Shown one piece after another: positions 51,694 through 63,059 of a stretch of 64,000 nucleotides of DNA (its first letter is position 1; every line of letters begins with the position of its first letter). A program made the translations under genes and the position numbers. Below the pieces are notes generated by a model. That model did not search any database. It had not been told where the DNA came from and saw nothing but the letters and a program-made list of their open reading frames with translations. The stretch comes from Haliotis rubra. Lineage: Eukaryota. The stretch covers positions 496,001-560,000 of the forward strand of contig NW_025765436.1 of assembly GCF_003918875.1 (NCBI RefSeq), written 5' to 3'.

Positions 51694-51934
51694 GGGACCG
51701 TTCATAATTTATGGCTAGGGGTTGGGGGGATGATGATTTTTATGGAGAAGCATGTTCAATGTGAATGACCCCCCTTAAAATTTATGTTCAAAATAAGTGA
51801 CCCCCCTGCTGACCCCCTAGTACGTGTGTACAAACATGATGACGCCCCTAGCTCCCTAGAACAAAATGGGTGACCCCGCTTAAAATCATCATCATCATCA
51901 CCCACACCACCCGCCATAAATTATGAACGGTCCC
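51694..51934. mobile_element. PIF/Harbinger-type MITE
   Basis: TTA|GGGACCGTTCATAATTTATGGC...GCCATAAATTATGAACGGTCCC|TTA, perfect TIR and 3-bp TSD. Confidence 0.88.
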
Positions 51935-52149
51935 TTAATGGAAATGAGTGTTGTTTCCATTGTTTAAAACCATACCAGAGTAATTAAACCAGAGACCGTA
52001 TAATATATAGTTTCTGATTAAAACTTATGTGAAAATGTTTTGGTCTTTATATTAAATATGTTTTTCTGTAATGGAGACATGGTACTGTTGCCGCTGTCTT
52101 GTATCCAAGTTTTCTATTTTCTAATTTCCCGCTTTTATAAACTTGGTTA

Positions 52150-52310
52150 CCATCGATTACCTCCCGTGCGAAAGACAAGCGTGCGCGGGGAGGGGGCGCT
52201 TCAAATACAGACCCTGTCGCTCAAACGATGGAAATGTGCCGCCATCGTGTGGAATTAAACATTCAACCAAATCTTAGTTTGACATATTGCAAACATCAGA
52301 AAAAGTAAGT
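52150..52310 (+). promoter_or_regulatory. Putative promoter and non-coding first exon of BTB-ZF gene 2
   Basis: CpG/GC-rich patch (GCGTGCGCGGGGAGGGGGCG, GCCGCCATC) ending at a strong donor AAA|GTAAGT (52305); the ATG exon is preceded by acceptor CTCCAG at 53436. Confidence 0.5.
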
Positions 52311-53438
52311 ATGTATGTTTTCAGGTGGTAGACATCTGAATATTCTTGTCATTTTGAAATATTCTATGCAATCAAAACATAGACTGCAGCGATTTCTTTG
52401 AAAATACAGGTTTCACATCAACTTTGCAAAGATCTTTTCGACAATAGCTTCAATATTCATTGTCTGTTACTTGTACCTATAGACGACAATCATGCAGTAA
52501 ATTCTTTGATAGTGAGCTGTTTACACTGCATGCATTCGTACGAATGATGTTGGATCTATGTCACGTGCGATTACCTCCCCTAGAAAAGTTGACCGAACCA
52601 GCCGTAAAATATTATGACGTAAATGTCTTTTGGCAGAGTTTGTTCCAATAGTCTATCAGTGACGGTGTGCAGCCTTTGTGTGTGACGAAACCCGAGGTGA
52701 TGCATGTCTTTGACAGTTTCCACTTTTATGAAACTTATGAGCAAGGTGCTGATAAACTTGGAACGGTAATCATGTGAACCAGAGATTCAAACTCAAGGGA
52801 TCCAACTCAGTACAGCAAACTGCAGGGCCTTAGTAGAGTGGCTACTTGCCCACTGCTAATTGTCAAATGCGGTCACAGTTGCAATAAATGGATGGAAAAA
52901 TATTTGAAAGTGACTAAAAGTGTTGTGACACAATTTGCAAGAATGACTTGCTCATGGAGTTGACCAATACCTGCAGGAGAAGGTTATGTAGCTTTGTCTA
53001 TTCTGGGATTTATAGTGTTATAGGAATAGTGTTTCATATTAAATCCAATTATGAATAATGAAGAAAAAGGTTTAAAAGTCTGAAGAAAACAAATTTTCAT
53101 AAAACTGTCAATTTATCTGTCAATTACTGTTACGGACTTACCTTTAGTGATTAAAAGCCAGTCCCTTGTAGAAATGTCCCGATTTCAAGCATAAGTGTGG
53201 TAGCAGACGATGTTTACCTTGATATGGAAGTACACTATTGCATCTGCACAGAATTACCGGACGCGCGGAATACCGGACTCGCTTGTAGTTATTTGTGATA
53301 GATGGAACAATATATAAAGAAAGGGACGTGAATGCTTAATTTTTGTAGTTTTGCATTTAATTTTGAACAGATGAAACTATCATATGTTCATCCATTATTG
53401 CTTTGGTTTTATGTTATTTATGTTAACTTTCTCCAGAG

Positions 53439-56400
53439 ATGGAAACATTGCGAGAGGCTGAGCACGGAAATACTTTACGACAGCGGTTTGAGGACTTACG
53501 GAACCACCAGACGCTATGTGATGTGACGCTAGTCAGCAATGATGGACACAAGTTTCAGGCCCATTATCTCTACTTGGCAGTGAACTCGGCATATTTCCAG
53601 CAAGAGTTATCCCTCGTTAGAAAGGATTCGTTGCTGCCTTCAACAGTTTTCATAAATATTGGTACGGTCAACATGTGTATGGATGTTGTACTGCTTGTGA
53701 AATGTGTGAAGAAATATGTCAAAGGTTCCCTGCTCTGACCAATAAACAGGAAATGTAAAAATCAAACCCTAAACATTGAAAGAGCCAGTCACACTAAACC
53801 AAGATTACTCAAAGCTGGTATCCTTCAGGATAAGATACTGCTGATGATCTAGATTGCATTACTCAATATCAGGCAAGACTTCTAAAAACCTGAACAGAAC
53901 TGAAACATCATTAAACAAATATCTCAGAAGGGTAAAGGATTGGGCAGATAGCATAAGCCAGGTAAGAGAGAATCTGCACTATAGGTTAAGAAACTCAGGC
54001 AACATTTCTTTGCCAAAAACAAGAATAAAAATTTCTCATGAGTCATTTTTCCCATTGGCGATGTAATTGTGGAACAATTTATCTTCAGTAGTAAGAAACT
54101 GTACTTCATTATTAAATTAAAATCTAGCATAAAAACATCCAATACCTCAGCTCCACTGTACTTTTCTTACCACAATAGCAAACCCAATATGCTATATACA
54201 CAAATATGTCATACAGCTAGTAGGTTAAGTTACGATCTTTATAGCGTAGGGTTAAGTACAGATCCCCATTCAAATATGGTAATCATTATTTCTACTAGTG
54301 TTCATAATACAGACAGACAGCATTAAAAAAGTCATGTTTAAAGCCATTCACAATTTTCGTGACTGTAATGATATGAATACATTATCTATTCTTTTTCAAT
54401 GGCATTACAGACCTTACCAATCATAGTAATGAAATTCTTCTTAAAAATATGCATCTTTATATAAGCAGATCAAAAATATTCCAGTACATTTCTAACACTG
54501 TACCTTTGTACTGACGTATTGCCCCTTTTAAACCTTGTTTACTGTCAATCTTCCTCTGTGTTTATTTCAAATAGTGGCTTGTGATGTATTTTGTTATTGT
54601 AAATATTCTTGGATAGGGGTTGTACAAGTTGTAAGAACTTGTCCATGTTCCTTCTCTATGTTTAGATTCTCAGTTTCTATAATTTAAATGCTAATTCTTA
54701 TGAGATCGGTATTCTTTTGCAGATGCACCCGCCAGTATTTTGAGTGTTCTCTTAGATTTCATATACACTGGTGAACTTGCAGTCAGAAAAGAAAATATAC
54801 AAGAGATAGAAAACATTGCCATAAAACTGAAATTTAAGGATGCTGAGAGCTTACTTTTCAAATCAAAGTACTACTCATCTATAACACAAAGGTGTTCAGA
54901 AGATCTAGGAGTTTTAAAAGAAAATCTCTCAACAGATGTGTTTACTTCATCTGTTGACACTGGGTGGGATTCAGAAGATCATGATGAGCAGTATGGTCAA
55001 GAATCATATACAACCGATGAAGAATTGTTACAAGATACCCATCAGGATTGGGATGCATTGACAAGCTCTGATCAGAAAAAGAAATCCTTGCCTATCAAAT
55101 CTAGTCCAAAGAAGAAGAATAATAAGCCTGAAGAATATGTTGATTTCATGGAGGATGCTTCACCAAAGACAATAAAGGGTCGGAAGAAGAGAACAACAAG
55201 CAGGACTGCAAAAGCTGCTGCTGCAGAAGTCCCAAAGCGTAAATCTGCCCGAGGTTCCAATGCTGGCATTCCTTCTGTGTTAAACTCAGATGTAAATAAA
55301 AGGTCAAGTGCAAGACGATCTGTCAGGAATTTGTCAAAGGTTGTGCAGGGTAGTACATCTGAACATCTGGCTGCTCCAAGAGGACACGGCCTGTCAGACA
55401 AAGGGTGGCTACAGAACTAGGCAAGAGACAGTCTTCCAGGTTACAGCTGTATTCACAAAGTAGACTGAGCTATGCCAGCAGCTCTCCGGAAGTATCTGAT
55501 GGTGAATTAGGGAGTGAAGACAGTACTCATGATGTGATTGATGAGCAAACCACTTACTCTTTCACTGAGCAGACTACATCATCTTTAGAAGAGTTTTACA
55601 CATGTGACAGGCAGGATTCCACTGGAAAACTAAATCCTTCTTCCACTGGTCAAAAAGCCTCTGATGAACAAGCCTGTTCTGGTACAAATCATAAGGCTGT
55701 GAAATTGCCATCAAAGAAATCAAGATCTAAGTCCAAATCCAAAAATGTTAGTTTAAAAAGTAAGCGACCAAGTAGAACAAAGCGACCCCCAAAGAGATTT
55801 GATCCGTCTAGATTCCAGTCCCAAAGAAGAAAAAATAAGGTTTCTTCAAGGCAGATGGAACTGTCTTTTCAGCCATTATCTAAAAAGATCTCCCTGAGGT
55901 ACCTGACCAGCCGATGTACCAGATGGGCATTCGAGGCCTCCTCCTCCATGTGCCATCATGACTACGACAAGAAGACCTGGCAGTGCTGCCGTTGTCAGGA
56001 GAGCTTCTCCATGTACAGTCGATGGAGACTGCATTACAGGTAGGAGCTTACACCCTAGCCAACAAACTACAGCTTTTAAATTTCAGTTTTGTATAGCATT
56101 ATAGAACACCAATTGTTTTAAGTGTATAGTTGACATACTGGACATGGATTGTTTCTGTCAAACTCAGTGTAGTAGAGTGAGTGAGTTTAGTTTAATGCCG
56201 CACTCAGCAATATTCCAACTATATGGCGGTGGTCTGTAAATAATCAAGTCTGGACCATACAATCCAGTGATCAACAGCATGAGCATCAATCTATGCAATT
56301 GGGACACAATGACATGTCGACCAAATCAACGAGCCTGACCACCCGATCCCGCTATTTGCCTCTTACGACAAGCATTGGTTACTGAAGATCAATTCTATAG

Positions 56401-58491
56401 GTTACTGAAGATCAATTCTAACCTGAATCTTCACGGGTACAGTGTAGTACAAATTACTAACAGTACAGTGTTGATGAATTGCAACTCTCATTTCTTGTTT
56501 TCTTTCACTTATCATTATACCTAGTATTACTGATGGCGATCACTTCTTAATCAGGTCAAACCACTGTCAGTTGTTTTGAGGCAAACTGTCAATAATAGAT
56601 GAAATGTGATTGATCATAGTTTGTTAAGTTTTGCTCTTTTTTCACATAGAATTCGTAAAATGATATGGTATGATTAATAATCTGACCAAAAAAACCCAGG
56701 TAATGCAGAATTTTTGTGAAGTCAAAATAAACGTTTTAAAGAATTTATGATCAGTTAATTGATTGTTGATGTTCACCCTTCTTACATGTCTTAAACGTGG
56801 CGTTGGGGTAGCCTAGTGGTTAAAGCTTTTGCTCGTTACGCTGAAGACCTGGGTTCAATTTCCCACATGGGTTCAGTGTGTGAAGCCCATATCTGTTGGA
56901 ATATTGCTAAACGCGGCATAAAACTAAACTCACTCACTCACTCACTCATGAACTGGGTTGGACTTTCTGCAAGCTTGACATACATACTTTCTCGTACAGA
57001 TCTGTCCATTTAGCATTCATGCTACTGAGGCTGAAGAAGATTCGACAAAGGAGCATACTGAAATTGAAAAGGCCACCAAAGAAGAGGAATAGGTTGTCTA
57101 AGGGCAGTATTGTAATGATGAACTCGGGCAAGGTTCGGAAGATGCCAGGGCCAAAGTGTACGTTGTCGAAGGCTGCCATGGTCAAGTGTATTGAGTGTGG
57201 TGTAATGCTGGCCTCCCGTGCCTCACTCAAGAACCATCTGCTGCAGTACCACAACTTGACCCGACAACAGGTATCAAACAAAGACTCATTTAGTTGTCAT
57301 GTACATCTTGCTTGAGTTTCTTCCAGTAAGGATACACACAGTCATGTTTTCAAAAGCCGAGGGGATCACTAAAGTTTGATTATTACTATTCCTGATGAAT
57401 GGTAACTGGGATCACTAAAGTTTGATTATTACTATTCCTGATGAATGGTAACTGGGATCACTAAAGTTTGATTATTACTATTCCTGATGAATGGTAACTG
57501 GGATCACTAAAGTTTGATTATTACTATTCCTGATGAATGGTAACTGGTATCACTAAAGTTTGATTATTACTATTCCTGATGAATGGTAACTGGGATCACT
57601 AAAGTTTGATTATTACTATTCCTGATGAATGGTAACTGGGATTACTAAAGTTTGATTATTACTATTCCTGATGAATGGTAACTGGTATCACTAAAGTTTG
57701 ATTATTACTATTCCTGATGAATGGTAACTGGGATCACTAAAGTTTGATTATTACTATTCCTGATGAATGGTAACTGGGATCACTAAAGTTTGATTATTAC
57801 TATTCCTGATGAATGGTAACTGGGATCACTAAAGTTTGATTATTACTATTCCTGATGAATGGTAACTGGGATCACTAAAGTTTGATTATTACTATTCCTG
57901 ATGAATGGTAACTGGGATCACTAAAGTTTGATTATTACTATTCCTGATGAATGGTCACTGGGATCACTAAAGTTTGATTATTACTATTCCTGATGAATGG
58001 TAACTGGGATCACTAAAGTTTGATTATTACTATTCCTGATGAATGGTCACTGGGATCACTAAAGTTTGATTATTACTATTCCTGATGAATGGTAACTGGG
58101 ATCACTAAAGTTTGATTATTACTATTCCTGATGAATGGTCACTGGGATCACTAAAGTTTGATTATTACTATTCCTGATGAATGGTAACTGGGATCACTAA
58201 AGTTTGATTATTACTATTCCTGAGTCATGATACAGTATGTGTAACGATACATAATATTCCACATGCCTCTGGTAACCTGAGGAGATACTTCATGACTAGT
58301 TAATCCTGTTTAGTTCTGATAGCTACATTGTATATGCAGTCAGATATTGTAGTTTGTTGTCATGGTTTTATGCAGTCAGATTGAGAATTAGTAGTGGTTT
58401 CTTATGATAGTTATATGCAATCAGCAGGTTGTTCAGTACTAGACCTGAGTAGATATAAGTCTGGGTTTCTGCAACACCTTCTAAACATTAG

Positions 58492-58550
<59 letters not shown>

Positions 58551-61500
58551 GAAGATCCAGGTAGAATAGATCTTCAGCAACCCATGCTTGCCACAAAAGG
58601 CGACTATGCTTGTCGTAAGAGGCGACTAACGGGATTTGGGCTCGCTGACACGTCATCGCTTCCCAATTGCACAGATCGATGCTCACGCTGTTGATCACTG
58701 GATTGTCTGGTCCAGACTCGATTATTTAGAGATTGCCGCCATATAGCTGCAATATTGCTGAGTGCGGCATAAAACTAAACTCACTCACTCACCCCTGTAC
58801 AACGATCTTCTGTATTGATGGATGTGGAGGTTCTGGCTAGATCTCATTCTGACTGAATCTATAATCTGTCTGTTGTCTGCGATGTCCCAGGTAGAACACC
58901 ACAAGTCGCTACTGGTGTGCTGCGAAGTAACAGGCTGTGCGTTTGCCAACATTGACATTCAGAAGGTGGAGCGCCATGTTCGGGAGAGCCACCCAGAGGT
59001 GCGCCATCCGTGCCCCGAGTGTCAGCGTTCCTTTGTCCGGCGAGACCTCCTGGCTCAGCACGTACTACGGATCCATCAGAACCAGACCAAGTTCATGTGT
59101 TCCAGGTGTGGTGAACGCTTCAAGAAATCCTGTGATCAGAAGATCCACGAACAGCAGGTCCATGGAGTCAACCATAACTTTGTGGTGAGTGAACTATCTG
59201 GAACTAATGTGTTCATGAAATAGGCATACCTTTTGGAGAGCTGTCAGCAGCTAAGATGCAGTTTGAGCAAGTTTAATTACGTTATTCTCTAGGCATATTT
59301 GTGGGAGTGCAGTCAGACACGGTTGTGCTGAAAATAAAGGGACCCACTTGTTGATGTAGTTAAACACTAGGGGCGGTGGGGTAGCCTAGTGGTTAAAGCG
59401 TTGGCTTAATCATGCCGAAGACCCGGGTTCGAATCCCCACATGGGTACAATGTGTGAAGCTCATTTCTGGTGTTCCCCCGCCGTGATGTTAGCTGGAATA
59501 TTGCTAAAAGCGGCGTAAAACCAAACTCAGTCAGTCAGTTAAACACTGTTCTGTCGATGTTAGGGAGACCAACGTAAATGCTTCCAAGTTATGTGAGGTT
59601 TGAATAGGAAGGTCTAAGTTATTTCTTCGACACACCAATGTTCAACTCATCAGTATTTGGCTCTCATTATTGACCATCAACCAAATTACATGGCTCCATG
59701 TACACAAGCTCAGTTTACTACTTTAAAAGTAAAACTGTCATCTGGATATGGCCTTGCATTTCGTTAAATCTTAGGTATCGATTAAATATGAAAGTGATGG
59801 CATCATTGTCAGAATCCTAATAGTAGCATTTAAAAACTAAGGCATCCCATGTTTAGTGAATCCCATTCCTACTGCCCCTTGATGTTGGTGGAATATTGCT
59901 AAAAGTAGCATTAAACCATACTTATCCACTCACTCAAACACTGTTGTCGATGAACTCTTCTCTCACTCAAACACTGCTATTAAGTAATTCTTCTAGGTCT
60001 CAATAACCAATCTTACACATACTTACACTTTGTCATGTGGTTCTGGCTTCAGGTGTACAGCTGTAATGTGGAGGGTTGTGACTACCAGACAATCACTGCC
60101 CGATATCTGGACGCTCACAAGAAGGCCAAACACTTCGACAACAGAATACAATGCTCCTACTGTCCCACAAAAGTCAAAACCAAATTGTAAGTATTCTTCT
60201 ATGTAAGTGACTTAGCTTGTTAACAGGATCTTGACTGGGGTGACATGGACTTTTATCAGACGTTTCAGCAGATGCCCATTAATTACTGGTCAGTATTAAG
60301 GCTGTCTCATGAAAATCTGATAACATGTACTCCCAGAGGGAATCAAAACTGAGAGAATCAAGGTTTAAGACACATCTTGTAATGTGTCCACCACATTGTA
60401 GACGTGTGAATGTGATAGGATGTGGTACAAACATTAGATGTGTATGTCTTGCTGGGTTTATATAGCCTGCTTCTATTCCAGAGCACTACAAATGCACGTC
60501 AATGCACTACACCTGAACAAACGTCCGTACCTGTGTGAGATCTGTGGCTCGGGATTCTGTGACCCGTGGACTCTGCAGCGACACATTGCATTCCGCCACA
60601 GTACCACACGGGAATTCTCCTGTGACCACTGCCAGTACGCTTGCAACAACAGGATCCAGTTTATGAGTAGGTTTCTTTGTACCATCTTTTCTTACTCTAT
60701 CATCTGCAAGTGACGTCAAGTTTTACAGTTAGCAGGTTTAGCTGTTCATTGAGTAGCCATATTAACAAGCACTGTCCTTAATATGAGGGAGGAAATGTCG
60801 AGATCCATATGAATTGGAAATTCCTAAACACTTTCTTTGTTGGCACATTTATCACACATGCAGTTAACAGGATATTAATATTATCAACAAGTGCATCCAG
60901 ATGCAAAAAACAAATTGCATTAATTTCATAATTTACAGTATTTTCTTCACAATGGTTCCAGCTTACTGTGATTAAGTGGATCCTATTGTCAGATCATGGT
61001 TGAATTTGAGTCATTGTACCATGAGGACGTTGATCATCAGTCACTTTGGTCCAGACTGGATTAGCTACTGGCTGCCATGATATATGTGGAGTATTGCTGA
61101 ACACAGCAATAATGGAACACTAATTCAGCAATAAACAATTTAAGCAAGACAGAACTGTTTTTATGAGTCATGACTTATGACAATGGTACCTCTTTCAGAT
61201 CACACCTTCCAGCAGCATGGCGTGAAAGCAGAGTTTGATAAACGTCAGGAGCAGACGTGCCCTGTCTGCAGCTACCGTGCCCTGTCAGCAAGCAGGATGA
61301 AGGCCCACATTCGCCACATCCACGCCGACCCACACAAATACACCTGTGAAATATGCGGCAAGGGCTTTAAGAACCGCCACTATCTACGAGACCACCAGGT
61401 GATCCATTCTGACTCCACTTACCAGTGTCCGCACTGTGACTACAGCCCCTGGACCAGCGGTAAGCTCAAGAAGCATATCCGCACTCAGCATATATTCAAG

Positions 61501-61698
61501 GACGTCAAGCCGTACAGCTGCCCGTATTGTACCTATGCTTGTGCCTTGAGTGGGAACTGTCGAAAACATGTTGTGCACAAGCACCCTGGGTTTGATGTCA
61601 GGTACAACACTGATAAGGACATGTTAGCGTACATGAGGAAGGTGGAATCTGAGCTGAACACAGGGAAAATCAAAGCAACAACAGCCAAGAAGTCCTAG
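53439..61698 (+). CDS. BTB/POZ + 13 C2H2 zinc-finger protein (ZBTB-like), paralogue 2, about 974 aa if one frameshift is corrected
   Basis: Exons 53439-53661, 54723-56039, 57000-57270, 58891-59184, 60053-60186, 60482-60666, 61199-61698; 2924 nt, one base short of in-frame, with the break between 55363 and 55417. BTB motifs LCDVTLVSNDGHKFQAHYLYLAVNSAYF and LLDFIYTGEL; 13 fingers colinear with paralogue 1. Confidence 0.88.
53760..54660 (+). mobile_element. Decayed CR1-like LINE 3' fragment in intron
   Basis: Broken ORF HYRLRNSGNISLPKTRI..SFFP...W..L and YTQICHTASRLSYDLY; 3' hairpin ACAAGTTGTAAGAACTTGT. Confidence 0.55.
56175..56437 (-). mobile_element. SINE family B
   Basis: Reverse match to family B; TSD CAGTGTAGTA. 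Confidence 0.82.
56797..56948 (+). mobile_element. SINE family A with internal deletion
   Basis: A/B boxes and (ACTC)n tail. Confidence 0.8.
57362..58223. repeat. Near-perfect 46-bp minisatellite, about 18.7 copies
   Basis: Unit GGGATCACTAAAGTTTGATTATTACTATTCCTGATGAATGGTAACT with only scattered single substitutions. Confidence 0.98.
58549..58791 (+). mobile_element. SINE family B preceded by a (CT)n microsatellite (58494-58541)
   Basis: CCCATGCTTGCCACAAAAGGCGACTATGCTTGTCGTAAGAGGCGACTAA V-type core; (ACTC)n tail. Confidence 0.82.
59370..59540 (+). mobile_element. SINE family A
   Basis: Full-length; TSD AGTTAAACACT; (AGTC)n tail. Confidence 0.88.
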
Positions 61699-62744
61699 TG
61701 ACAAATCTGCTTCTTGTCAACTTCAGAGCAGCGAGGTAGGGTTGTGGATAATCTATTGGCTGAAGATCTGTGTTCAATTCCCTACATGGATGAAATGTGT
61801 AAAGACCACATATGCTGTTTGTTGTCAAGATGTAATATAGCTGAAAACAGTGTAAATCACTTCTCATCAACTGCTGTGGTAGTTATATTATAGTTAGGCT
61901 GATCAGTTGACTGCAGTTGCCATGGCAACAACACTTTTTCCTTCAGGATACAGATGTTCAGTTTAGTCTGATGTTAGTTTGCATCACTTGTGTTGACAGC
62001 TTTATACACCACTAACATGAAAGTCAATTCCAGTTTAAAGCAGACTTAAGCACATCAAAGGATGAGCAAACGTTATACCCTGAACCTATATGATGGAAGT
62101 GTGACGGCAGTGTTTCTTGCAATGTGAGTATTTCCTACTGACTGACAGACTGAAATACAATGGTTGATGAACTGTTTGAGACAGTGCACCTGCTGCAGTA
62201 GAAACATTGGATGAGGAAGAAGATAAGAATAGACTTCACGGTAAATGCAAGAGGTATCTTCTATACTGACCACATCAGTTAAAGTCATGTATTGTTGTTC
62301 TTCAGAAGAGGAGAATCTTCCTTATGGCACAACAGGTATTGTGTGTTGTAGTTATTGTTCATGTTTTGGCACAGGTAAACCAACATTGATCACAACTGAT
62401 TCTATGTGCATGATTGACACCATAACCTGATATACATGCTATACATGTTAAGATTATGCTATGGTATGTACAGTGTATAAGTGTATGCATATGTTAACTA
62501 CATAGTGTGTACAAGTTATGGATTCTGTTGGGAAAAACGTTTAGTACTTTTCGTCCAAAGTTATAGTAACAATGCATCAGAGTTTATACTAGTAATGAAT
62601 TGATATTTGTATGAATATTTGATATTTATTTATATGAATATTTAATATTTATTCATTTCAAAATTTAATATTTATTCACATTAAAATTTAAATTAATTCA
62701 GCAATGTATTCCTACAGGTGATCGTGGCCTTAAATAAATATCTC

Positions 62745-63013
62745 CAGGGCTCGATTCAAGAGATGTTAACCTACTTGCACCGGGTGCAACCTAAGATAAA
62801 AACCTAGTTGCACCAGCCGAATTCCAGTTGCACTGCCTTTATTGTAATATGTAATGAAAGAAATATGCTCTTGAATTATGTACATATTTCATTCAGAAGT
62901 TTACCCACTAAAAAATTTACTTGCACCTGGTGCAAGTTAGACTAATAACTTGGTTGCACTTTGTAATATTCGGTTGCACCAGTGCAAGTAACAAAGCACT
63001 AAATCGAGCCCTG
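62745..63013. mobile_element. hAT-like MITE with 5-bp TSD
   Basis: ATCTC|CAGGGCTCGATT...AATCGAGCCCTG|ATCTC; internal TTGCACC/GGTGCAA repeats. Confidence 0.8.
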
Positions 63014-63059
63014 ATCTCTGACACTGAAGTTAGCAACTTAAGTTTTATTGACTGTCAGT

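Noticed and set aside
55395-55420. Programmed -1 ribosomal frameshift or 16-nt micro-intron in BTB-ZF gene 2
   Set aside because: No canonical slippery heptamer in the zero frame, intron far below spliceosomal minimum, and the paralogue is uninterrupted; an indel is simpler.
57362-58223. CRISPR-like appearance of regular short repeats (also 10247-12222, 15022-15570, 6785-7110)
   Set aside because: Units are head-to-tail with no unique spacers, there are no cas genes, and the context is a spliced eukaryotic locus.
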